Positions 1 to 10,427 of a DNA stretch of 64,000 nucleotides are shown in pieces. This DNA is from Phaeosaccion multiseriatum (Eukaryota > Protista > Ochrophyta, other classes), in the NCBI GenBank assembly GCA_965112735.1, contig OZ218959.1:2480001-2544000 (forward strand). The letters run 5' to 3'. Made by a program: the position numbers and the translations under genes. Every line of letters begins with the position of its first letter. Position 1 is the first letter of the stretch. The notes below the pieces were generated by a model. It searched no databases. It was not told the DNA's origin and saw only the letters and a program-made list of their open reading frames with translations.

Positions 1-281
1 ATCCAAAAAGGAACACAGAATAGTTGAGGAGTAGTGCGGGGTACTTATATACGGTACAGAGTACGACAAGTTAGGAGGACACTTCGGAATGTGAGAGCCG
101 AGCGGAGCCGAGCAGAGGATAGCAGAGGAGAGGAGACAGAGCAGAGCAGAGCAGAGCAGAGCAGAGCAGAGCAGAGGGAAGGAGAGGGAAGGAGAGGAGT
201 GGAGAAGAAAGGAGAGCAGAGGAGAGCAGAGAAAACTGCAGGGAATATGAGAGCGGAAAGGTAGCAAGGCGAGTGGGGCAA

Positions 282-1180
282 GCAAGGCAAGATAAGGTCA
301 GATAAGGCAAGATAAGGCAAAATAAGGCAAAATAAGGCAAATAAGGCAAGATAAGGCAAGATAAGCCAAGGTAAGGCCATATAAGGCAAGGTAAGGCAAG
401 AGAAGGCAAGATAAGCCAAGATAAGGTTAGATAAGGCAAGATAAGCCAAGATAAGGCAAGAGAAGCCAAGGTAAGGCCAGATAAGGCAAGATAAGGCAAA
501 AGAAGGCAAGAGAAACCAAGGTAAGGCCAGATAAGGCAAGATAAGGCAAAAGAAGGCAAGAGAAGCCAAGGTAAGGCCATATAAGGCAAGGTAAGGCAAA
601 ATAAGGCAAGAGAAGCCAAGGTAAGGCAAGGTAAGGCCAGATAAGGCAAGATAAGCCAAGGTAAGGCCAGATATGGCAAGGTAAGGCAAAATAAGGCAAG
701 AGAAGCCAAGGTAAGGCCAGATAAGGCAAGGTCAGGCAAAATAAGGCAAGAGAAGCCAAGGTAAGGCCAGATATGGCAAGGTAAGGCCAGATAAGGCAAG
801 ATAAGCCAAGGTAAGGCCAGATATGGCAAGGTCAGGCAAAAATAAGGCAAGAGAAGCCAAGGTAAGGCCAGATATGGCAAGATAAGCCAAGGTAAGGCCA
901 GATAAGGCAAAAGAAGGCAATATAAGGCAAGAGAAGCCAAGGTAAGGCCAGATAAGGCAAGATAAGGCAATATAAGGCAAGAGAAGCCAAGGTAAGGCCA
1001 GATAAGGCCAGATAAGGCAATACAAGGCAAGAGAAGCCAAGGTAAGGCCAGATAAGGCAAGATAAGGCAATATACGGCAAGAGAAGCCAAGGTAAGGCCA
1101 GATAAGGCAAGATAAGGCAATATAAGGCAAGAGAAGCCAAGGTAAGGCCAGATAAGGCAAGATAAGCCAAGGTAAGGCAA
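282..1180. repeat. Pentamer-based satellite (TAAGG/CAAGA/TAAGC/CAAGG variants) with 50-60 bp higher-order periodicity, intronic
   Basis: Directly visible; the lines at 961-1140 repeat with a period near 60 bp. It produces the spurious Leu/Pro/Tyr ORFs on the minus strand. Confidence 0.9.
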
Positions 1181-1291
1181 AGTAGTGAAGCAAGCATAGC
1201 GCAGAGGGCAGTGGGTGGGGATGGCAGTGGATGGGATGGCAGTGGGTGGGAAGGGAGGGGATGGCACGGGAATGAAGTAGTACCATACAAC

Positions 1292-2154
1292 CTTGGCTTC
1301 CTTCTCTTCCTTGTCCTTGATCGTTTTGGCCGCCGCTGCCGCCGCTGCGGCCCCCTTGATGTGAAAGTCCTCCGCCAACTGCATGGTGCCCTTTAGAACG
1401 ACTTCATAGTCTCTGCGCCGAGCTTCGGGGTTGGGTTTGCGGTGGGACTCGCGTGAAAAGGCATCTGAGCTACTCTCCCCCTCACTAGCACAAGCTCCGC
1501 CAGGGGCAGCAGCAGAAGCAGCAGCAACAGCAGAAGTCGGTGGTCCTCCTCCTCCTCCTCCTCCTCCTCCTCCTCCTCCTCCTCCTCGTTCTCCTTGTTC
1601 TATTTTTTCTCCTTGTTTTTGTTTTTCTTGTTCTTGTTGTTGTTGCTGTTGTTGTTGCTGTTGTTGTTGTTGTTGTTCTTCTTCTTCTTCTCCTTCCTGA
1701 GAGGCTGACAGCTGATCTAGTATGTTCTTTGCCTTGCTTATGCTGTCGGGCCCTCCAGGCAGATCGAGAGATTTCAGCGCATTGTCGGCAGCCGCTGCTT
1801 TTGCGACCTCGCCTGCCGCTCGCCTGAAGTTCCCGGTGGCATCATTTTCTAGAGAGAGCAAGTCGAGGGAATGGGACGCGGGAGAGAGAGAGGAAGGAAG
1901 ACGGAGAGGAGGCGAGGGAGAGGAGAGAGAGAGGGTGAGTGAAAGAGAGCGAGAGAGAGAGAGAAAGACAGAAGCGGCAGCAGAGGTGGCTTCAAGGCGG
2001 GAAGTAGTCGCCCGCGACGAGGAAGGCTGCCATCGGCTGCCGTCGGTCCAGTGCCGTGGAGCAGTGGACTCGAGTGTTGAGTGAAGAGGTGCATGGCCAA
2101 TACCAATATGGGTGGGCTCAGGTGCCGAAAAGGGGTTCTCTCTTCCTCTCTCCC

Positions 2155-2189
<35 letters not shown>

Positions 2190-3689
2190 CGCTCTCTCGC
2201 TGAGTCTCTCCCTCTCGCCTTCTCTTTCTCTTTCTCCATGGCTCCGGCTCCCCCCCTTCCTCCTGCGGTGTGCCTCACCATGGTACAAGCCCGTCTTGTC
2301 GCTTTGAACGAAGGGGTTTGTTTTGCGCTGGATCTGAGCGTTACACGCACGCACACACGCACACACACACACACACACACAGAGCCGAAGACGGCGAGAG
2401 GCAAGAGGAAAGCAGAAGAAAGAGGGTAGGGAAGGGAAGGGATGTGAGAGTACCGGCGAGGGATCGGGTTCCTTCTTCCTGTCTCTAGAAAGGGTAGTGC
2501 CGTGGACTACAGGGGTGGTCGGCAGCGCAAGTGCTCAGAGAGATACGGCGAAGGGTACGATGCTCTCGGAGGGAGATAGAGCTGGGTGCTTCGGTGCTTC
2601 GGTGCCAGCCTGTGTGGCTTGAATGTCTGCCTACCTGTCTGCCTACCTGTCTGCCTCCCTGCCCCTGCCTGCCTATACAGCTTCTCCGCTTACCGTAAAG
2701 TTATAGTAGCCTGCCCGAGGGAAGTGAGCATTCCACAAGGGGTCTACTTGAGCGCCACCTTGACTTTCTCCTCCTCCTCCTCCTGCTGCTGCTGCTGCTG
2801 CTGCTCCTCCCTCTCTTCCTCCTCCTCCTCCTCCTCCTCCTCCTCCTTCTCCTCCTCCTTCTCCTCCTCCTCCTCCTCCTCCTCCTCCTCCTCCTCCTCC
2901 TCCTCCTCCTCCTCCTCCTCCTCCTCCTCCTCCTCCTCCTCCTCCTCCTCCTCCTCCTCCTCCTCCTCCTCCTCCTCCTCCTCCTCCTCCGCCACTACCA
3001 CCACCACCACCTCCGCCCGCTACTTCTGCTGCTTGCATACGAACCGCCGGATCAGATGTTACCTCATGCTCCCCTCCCACCCCCCCTCCTCTGCTCTCCT
3101 GCACCCTCCTTGTCATCTTGAACTGGCGCGGCGGGTGTTGTCTCCTCCCCATTGCCTCGATCATCGAATCTTTTCTTGGTCTTCGCCGCTCCCTCGTCGT
3201 GGCCGGCGCCGCAGAGTGTACCCCACTTGCCGCCTTCGATCCACCAGTCCTTCCTGATGCCCTTACTGCGCCTTTGCCGGGCAACAGCGAGCCGTACCCC
3301 CCCCCCTCTCGGGCAGAAATGGATCCAACAAGCTCATAACTCGCCCCTGCGCTCAGAGCAAGAGCGGCAACGGACCCTTCCTTCGGCTTGAAGGGCTGTT
3401 GCTGGTGCTCTTTCCCATTCAATGCTAGCTGTGGTACCTTTCTCCTGTTGTTCATGTTGCTGTGACCTCCATCCTCCTGCTTCTGCCTCTTCGACGGCCC
3501 CGACTGAACCTGGCCCTGCCCACGCTGTGGCTTCTTCTTCTCCCCTGCTGTCTGCTGCTGATGAGCATGAGGCCGGAGCTCCCCGAGGAGCTGCCTGGGA
3601 GAGGCGATTGCTGCACTAGTTGCCTCTGCTCCCGAGGGCTTCGTAGGGCACAAGGGGGACGCCGCCACGCCAAGGCCGGCGGCGGTCAT
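1292..3689 (-). CDS. Uncharacterised low-complexity (Gly/Gln/Glu-rich) protein, multi-exon, probably continuing toward or past the window start
   Basis: Phase-consistent GT-AG splicing of exons ~3689-2694, 2333-2279 (IQRKTNPFVQSDKTGLYH) and 1848-1292 (ENDATGNFRR...KEAK). No recognisable domain; start and end uncertain. Confidence 0.5.
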
Positions 3690-3845
3690 TGCTTGCACAC
3701 GGTCTGCTCAGAGCTGCTCAGCGGAGACGGCTGCTCAATGCTGTGAGGAGAGGAAACTACTATAATGATATCGCCGAAGTCCAATAAAAGCCAAATTTCG
3801 AAACGCCGATGGCAGTGGAGGGCAACTTTTCCCTCCTTTTCCTCC

Positions 3846-5653
3846 TCGGCTCCAGACTGGCCTGGAAGCCTATGCTCTAGGCCCTAGGCCGAGCGGCCTA
3901 CGCCCGCTCTAGGCCTAGGCCGGCGGCCGTTGGCCGCTTTAGGCCGGCCATTTTTTCTCCCTAGCCCGGCGGTTCTAGGCCGAGGCCTCGACCTATCTGA
4001 TTAGTAATTACGGCTGGCGCAGCCGGCCTGATTACTGATTATGACCGGCGCCAGCCGGCCTGAGTACTGATTATGCGCCAGCCGGGGGCTGATTCCTGAT
4101 TACGGCCGGCGCACACCGTAATCTTGTCCAGGGTCGAAGGGAGGGAGGGAGGGAGGGAGGGAGGGAGGGGAGGGAGGGAGGGAGGGAGGGAGGGAGGGAG
4201 GGAGGGAGGGAGGGAGGGAGGGAGGGAGGGAGGGAGGGAGGGAGGGAGGGAGGGAGGGAGGGAGGGAGGGAGGGAGGGAGGGAGGGAGGGAGGGAGGGAG
4301 GGAGGGAGGGAGGGAGGGAGGGAGGGAGGGAGGGAGGGAGGGAGGGAGGGAGGGAGGGAGGGAGGGAGGGAGGGAGGGAGGGAGGGAGGGAGGGAGGGAG
4401 GGAGGGAGGGAGGGAGGGAGGGAGGGAGGGAGGGAGGGAGGGAGGGAGGGAGGGAGGGAGGGAGGGAGGGAGGGAGGGAGGGAGGGAGGGAGGGAGGGAG
4501 GGAGGGAGGGAGGGAGGGAGGGAGGGAGGGAGGGAGGGAGGGAGGGAGGGAGGGAGGGAGGGAGGGAGGGAGGGAGGGAGGGAGGGAGGGAGGGAGGGAG
4601 GGAGGGAGGGAGGGAGGGAGGGAGGGAGGGAGGGAGGGAGGGAGGGAGGGAGGGAGGGAGGGAGGGAGGGAGGGAGGGAGGGAGGGAGGGAGGGAGGGAG
4701 GGAGGGAGGGAGGGAGGGAGGGAGGGAGGGAGGGAGGGAGGGAGGGAGGGAGGGAGGGAGGGAGGGAGGGAGGGAGGGAGGGAGGGAGGGAGGGAGGGAG
4801 GGAGGGAGGGAGGGAGGGAGGGAGGGAGGGAGGGAGGGAGGGAGGGAGGGAGGGAGGGAGGGAGGGAGGGAGGGAGGGAGGGAGGGAGGGAGGGAGGGAG
4901 GGAGGGAGGGAGGGAGGGAGGGAGGGAGGGAGGGAGGGAGGGAGGGAGGGAGGGAGGGAGGGAGGGAGGGAGGGAGGGAGGGAGGGAGGGAGGGAGGGAG
5001 GGAGGGAGGGAGGGAGGGAGGGAGGGAGGGAGGGAGGGAGGGAGGGAGGGAGGGAGGGAGGGAGGGAGGGAGGGAGGGAGGGAGGGAGGGAGGGAGGGAG
5101 GGAGGGAGGGAGGGAGGGAGGGAGGGAGGGAGGGAGGGAGGGAGGGAGGGAGGGAGGGAGGGAGGGAGGGAGGGAGGGAGGGAGGGAGGGAGGGAGGGAG
5201 GGAGGGAGGGAGGGAGGGAGGGAGGGAGGGAGGGAGGGAGGGAGGGAGGGAGGGAGGGAGGGAGGGAGGGAGGGAGGGAGGGAGGGAGGGAGGGAGGGAG
5301 GGAGGGAGGGAGGGAGGGAGGGAGGGAGGGGGTCGTCCAGTTCTGATTACGGCCGGCGCAGCCGGCCTGATTACTGATTATGACCGGCGCCAGCCGGTCT
5401 GGTTGCTTACAGCCGGTGACCAGCCGGCCTGATTACTGATTTTGCGCCGGCCGGGGGCTGATTACTGGTTACGGCCGGCGCACACCGTAATCTTGTCCAG
5501 GGTCGATAGGCCTAGGCCGGGGGGGCTGCGCCAAAAATAGGCCTAGGCCGGGGACCTGCGGCCCCCTCTAGGCCTAGGCCGGGGGCCTGCGGCCCCCCTA
5601 GGCCGGCCGATTTTCGTCTCTAGGCCTAGGCTTCTAGGCCAGTCTGGAGCCGA
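3846..5653. mobile_element. Non-autonomous TIR DNA element (MITE-like) with a 6-bp TSD and a probable nested insertion
   Basis: Left end TCGGCTCCAGACTGGCCTGGAAGCCTA (3846) is the reverse complement, with 1 mismatch, of the right end TAGGCTTCTAGGCCAGTCTGGAGCCGA (ends 5653). TCCTCC flanks both sides (3840-3845 and 5654-5659). Subterminal CTAGGCC repeats; no transposase ORF. Confidence 0.85.
4138..5330 (+). repeat. (GGGA)n microsatellite of about 1.2 kb, between imperfect direct repeats at 4007-4137 and 5346-5506
   Basis: Nearly perfect GGGA array. Both flanking copies end in CACACCGTAATCTTGTCCAGGGTCGA. Confidence 0.95.
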
Positions 5654-6524
5654 TCCTCCGACACACAACCGTCCCTAAACACTCGCTTTGTTCATGTATG
5701 CACCCCTCCTACTCTCGCGCTGTTACTTTTTTCCTTTGTGGCACGCCACTCGCCTGCAGGAAGCCATGAGAAGTGGCCAGCGCGTCAAAAAGGTGAAAGC
5801 GGCAAAGCGGCGGCCTATAGACTATAGACTATAGAGCATTGGGGGGGGGGGGGCTTGTGTCCAAGAGCGAAAAAAAGCAGCGGCGGCAGAAGGAAAGAGG
5901 TGGAGGAGGATGTGTGTGACTTTTTCCTATCCGATGCCTGGTCCCAGGCTGGCCTGGAGTGGCGACTTTTCTACTTGAAACTGGAAACTGAACACAAGTG
6001 AAGCGTTCAGTGCGCCCCGATGAATCTCTTGTTTTATTTCTCAAAATTTCGCAATATGTGCGTCTTCTGCCTGCTGCATCGCTGGTATGTATAGTAGTTA
6101 TATATGCGCGGAAAAGGGGAGGAGGCTCCCCCGAAACTGCGGAGGCGTCTCCCCCGAAATTGCAGAGATGGACTACTGCGCATGAATAGTTCAACGGTGT
6201 TCCTCGCGAGAGAGAGAGAGAGGTATGTGTGCATACTTCAACATCCTGGGTGTCCTGTCCTCCAAAAGTAAAGCAATCGATCACACGACATGTACACTGA
6301 ACTTGGGCTTCACTCAAGGGCCCCTCCCCCTCCCCCACCTCGTAGGGGGGTATGACATCACGGCATCCACGGGAGGGAGACCAAGATCGACACAAAGAGA
6401 GAGAAGCAGAGACGGAGACAGACAGACAGATAGACAGAGAGACAGACACAGAGACAAGACACAGAGACAGCACTTGAGCTGTCTCGCGGTGCTTGCTCAC
6501 CGCTGCCGAAATGAAGTGAGCTCA

Positions 6525-8092
6525 TTACATCTCCATAGGCCTGGCGCACGGGAGAAGGAGAAGAGATGAAAGAGAGAGGGGGAGAGAGAGAGGTGGGGGG
6601 AGGGGGAGGGGGGGGGAGGGGGGAAAGAGAGACGCTGTGAGAAGAGAGAAAAAAAACAAGGCTGTGAAAGCACCGGAGAGAATAGGAGAGAGTGGCATGA
6701 AACCGTCAGAAGAGTCTCCTCCGTCCACTCATCCCCTCCCGCCCCTCTCCTCTCCTCTCCTAAAAAAACACTCACTTCTCCACACACACACACACACACA
6801 CACTTTCAGTCTCTTAGGCTTTTCCTGTTAAGTCAATAATAATAAACACTCACTTCTGTATACTGCGAAGGTTCCAATGGAGCTTGGAGCTGATGCTGTT
6901 GAACCAATCCCCGTCCAAGTCGGTGGCGTTGATAGTGGGCATGGGCATGGAGGCCGTGCAGAGCTTCACAAAGCCTCCTCTGCCCATGAGCACACTCTCT
7001 GTGGCATCGAAAGACATCCAGCCATCCGCACGGGCGGACTTGGGGATACGCACCTGGTGGGAGTGGAGGGAGTGGAGGGAGGGAGGGAGGAAGAAGTGGA
7101 GGGAGAGAGTCGGAAAGGGGAGGGAGGGAGGGAGGGAGGAAGAAGTGGAGGGAGAGAGTGGGAGGGAGGGAGGGAGGGAGGAATGAAGGAAGGAAGGAAG
7201 GAAGGAAAGAATGGAATGAATGAATGAATGGATGAACGAATGAAGGAAGGAAAGAAAGCATGAGTGAGTGAGTGAGTGAGTGAAGGAAGGAAGGAAGGAA
7301 GGAAGAGAGAGAGAAAGACGGAAAGAAAGAAAGCAATGAATCAATGAATGAATGGCCCTTCCCTCCCCTCCCCTCTCCTCCCGTACCGTGATCTCCGACG
7401 AAGCCGAGGTGAGGATGGGCCTAAAAGAGAGCGAATGTGGTGCGATGGGCGTAATGAGTGTTGCCGGAACGAGGGGAGAAACCATACAGCCCCCAGCGCT
7501 GATGTTGTAGGCAGTGGATCCCGAGGGTGTCGCCACTATGAGGCCATCTCCTTGGGCGGTGGTGACGAGTTGACCGTCCACGTATACTTCAAGGGTGCTC
7601 AAGACACCGGACAGGCCCCTATGAGGAGGTGGGAGGGAGGAAGGGGGGGAGGAAGGGGGGGGGGGGGGGGGGGAGGAGAGGGGAGGAGAGGGGAGGAGAG
7701 GAGAGGGGAGGGGAGTGGAGGGGAGGGGAGGGGAGGGGAGGGGAGGGAGTGAGTGAGTTGGTGATACCATAGTATGGGTGATGGAGTGAAGAAGGGGAGA
7801 GCGATGACTGATTCATGGGAGTGTAGAGAGGGAGACGGGGAAGACTTCGGGCGTAGGTGGATGGCCGTTAGCAGCCTCTCACTCTCTTACCTGTTGACGA
7901 TGAACTCGTTAAGGCAGTAGAAGCAACTTGACTGCTCTCCACTCTGGTGGTACACTTCTCCTCGCAGACGCGTCCGCAAAGTGACGCCTTGGTGTAGCAG
8001 TTCGTGATACAGAGGGAGGAAGAGGAGGAGGAGGGGGAGGAGGAGGAGGAGGAGGAGGAAGAGAGGAGTAGTAGTAGTAGTAGTAGTAGTAA

Positions 8093-8167
<75 letters not shown>

Positions 8168-10392
8168 GAGGAGGAGGAGGAGGAGGAGGAGGAGGAGGAG
8201 GCGCAAAAGAGGAAGAAAGAAGGATGAGGATTCAATGTATGGGCCAAGCATGGAACAGCAGTGGAGTTGCGCTCCCACTCCCATTTCTCACCCCTCACCC
8301 CCCCCACTTTCACACTTTCAGTTTCTTAGGTGATTCCTATGAAGTCAATAAAGTCACCCCTCACCTCCCCTTCTCCCCACCTCTCACTCACTCATTGGTA
8401 CTTTGTTTGCCTCCAACACCCTTGTAATAAGCCCCTTGTGATCCGCCATCGCAAAGGGAGCAAGGAAGCCGAGAGACCCCATGGAAAAGGCCAGGGTGGG
8501 GGGGATGGGGTCGGAGTCGTTGAAGTATGAGGCGACTTTGAGTACGGTACCGTCGCCACCAAGTGTGATGATGAAGTCCACCTCTTCGCACAGGTTGTCC
8601 GGGCGGAAGCGTTTGACCTAGTAGGATAGGGTGGGGGTGGGGGTGGGGAGGGGAGAAGTGGGGTGCTGGTGGGTTGAGTTGGGGTGGGGAGGGATGGCAA
8701 TTAGGAGGGCGTTGTAGTAACTCCTGCTAGGCGCTGGAACGCTGACACTGGAACTGAAACTGAGTCCTTACATCCGGCATGAAGCGATCAGCCTCAGGCA
8801 CAACGCTGTCCTCGGAGGGATCGATGAGCACTTCAAGGCCTTGTTCGTCTTGCAACCATCGCACCAGAGCCTCTGCCAGGGGAAGGGAGGGGAGGGGAGG
8901 GGAGGGGAGGGGAGGGGAGGGGAGTGGAGTGGAGGGGAGGGGAGGGGAGGGGAGGGGAGGGGAGGGGAGGGGAGGGGAGGGGAGGGGAGGGGAGGGGAGG
9001 GGAGGGGAGGGGAGGGGAGGGGAGGGGAGGGGAGGTGAGGTGAGAGATGGGAGGATAGGGCGGAGCGGGGCTCTCCCGGGGGGTTGGTCTTGCGACGGAT
9101 GTGAGAGGAGGAAGCGAGGGGAAATTGGCCCCCAGCGGCCCGCTCCGGCCTGCTGCCTCTCTTGCTCGACCATCATCGGCATCCGCGACAACCAAACCCT
9201 CCCGTCCCCTCCCCGCCCCTCCCCCTACCACACCATCCCACCTGTCTGCTCCGCCACTTCCTTGTTCTTCCACTTCTTGACGACAGCGACTCTCTGGGGG
9301 CGGTCGTCCCAATGCAAGCGCGCGTTTCTGCCGGAGCGGATGATGTTACTGCCAGTGCTGAGCCCGATGAGCGACTGGGCCTTTTTGTCAGTTAGTACCC
9401 GAGCCATACCCTGACGATGCCAAGTTTGATATGGTTGTGATGTGGTGTGGTGTGGTGTGGTGTGGTGTGGTGAGGTGTGGTGTGGTGTGGTGTGGTGTGG
9501 TGTGGTGTGGTGAGGTGTGGTGTGGTGCATTGCAATTTGCATTTGCGTGGGGTAAGGTAGGCGGCAAGGTGTCCCTCTTGTCAAGGGGGAGGGGAGTGGC
9601 GAGCAAGATGGATGTGCGTTCGACTTGATTCGAGGAGGCATTGAGGGAGAGAGAGGAGAGGAGAGCAAAGGAGAGGAGAGAACGGAAGTGGGGTGGTGGG
9701 GTGGCGGGGGGGGGAGGACGAGGGAGAGTAGAGGAGAGGGGAGGCGGAGAGGAGGGGACAGGAGCAGAGCAGAGCAGAGCAGAGGAGAGGAGAGAAGATG
9801 GCACTGTATGGCGGGGCAAGAACTCACCGCGAAGCCTTGCGCGTACTCTGGGAAGTCAATCGTGCCCGAGTGGTTTCGGTCGAACGCTTTGAAATACCTT
9901 TTGTGCGTATGTTCGTCAAGTGAGTCAGTCCAGGACAGAGCATTGAAATGAGTCAAAGCCAAGAAGGGGGAGGCCAATAACAGGAAGCAGGGAGAGGGGT
10001 TGAGGGCTGTGAGGAGGAGTGTGTGGAAATGGGGAGGATGGCAGCGGAAGGGGGGCATGCATGGATGGATGGAGGGAGGGAGGGAGGGAGGAAGGGAGGG
10101 AGGGAGGGAGGGAGGGAGGGAGGGAGGGAGGGAGGGAGGGAGGGAGGGAGGGAGGGAGGGAGGGAGGGAGGGAGGGAGGGAGGGAGGGAGGGAGGGAGGG
10201 AGGGAGGGAGGGAGGGAGGGAGGGAAGGAGGGAAGGAGGTCGGCTCCGTACGCTTCGAGCGCAGAGCCCAGAGCCCCATCAGCGCAAGGGCAAGGGCACA
10301 CACACGAACTGGATGCGCAAACCCCCCACCCCGTATGCGTACATACATACATACATACATACATACATACATACATACATACATACATACAT

Positions 10393-10427
<35 letters not shown>

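Noticed and set aside
45-1290. Leu/Pro/Tyr-rich ORFs resembling LRR or membrane proteins
   Set aside because: Artefacts of the stop-free pentamer satellite, which lies downstream of a splice donor at 1291.
4124-5377. 417-aa GGRE-repeat ORF
   Set aside because: It is the translation of the (GGGA)n array and has no ATG start or coding signal.
4007-5506. LTR retrotransposon or TRIM
   Set aside because: The direct repeats lack TG...CA ends and a PBS, and there is no gag/pol.
5829-6500. 223-aa minus-strand ORF sharing AAACTGGAAACTG (QFPV) with 63914-63926
   Set aside because: No recognisable domain, partly microsatellite, probably NADK 3' UTR or intergenic. A 13-nt match is not sufficient evidence.
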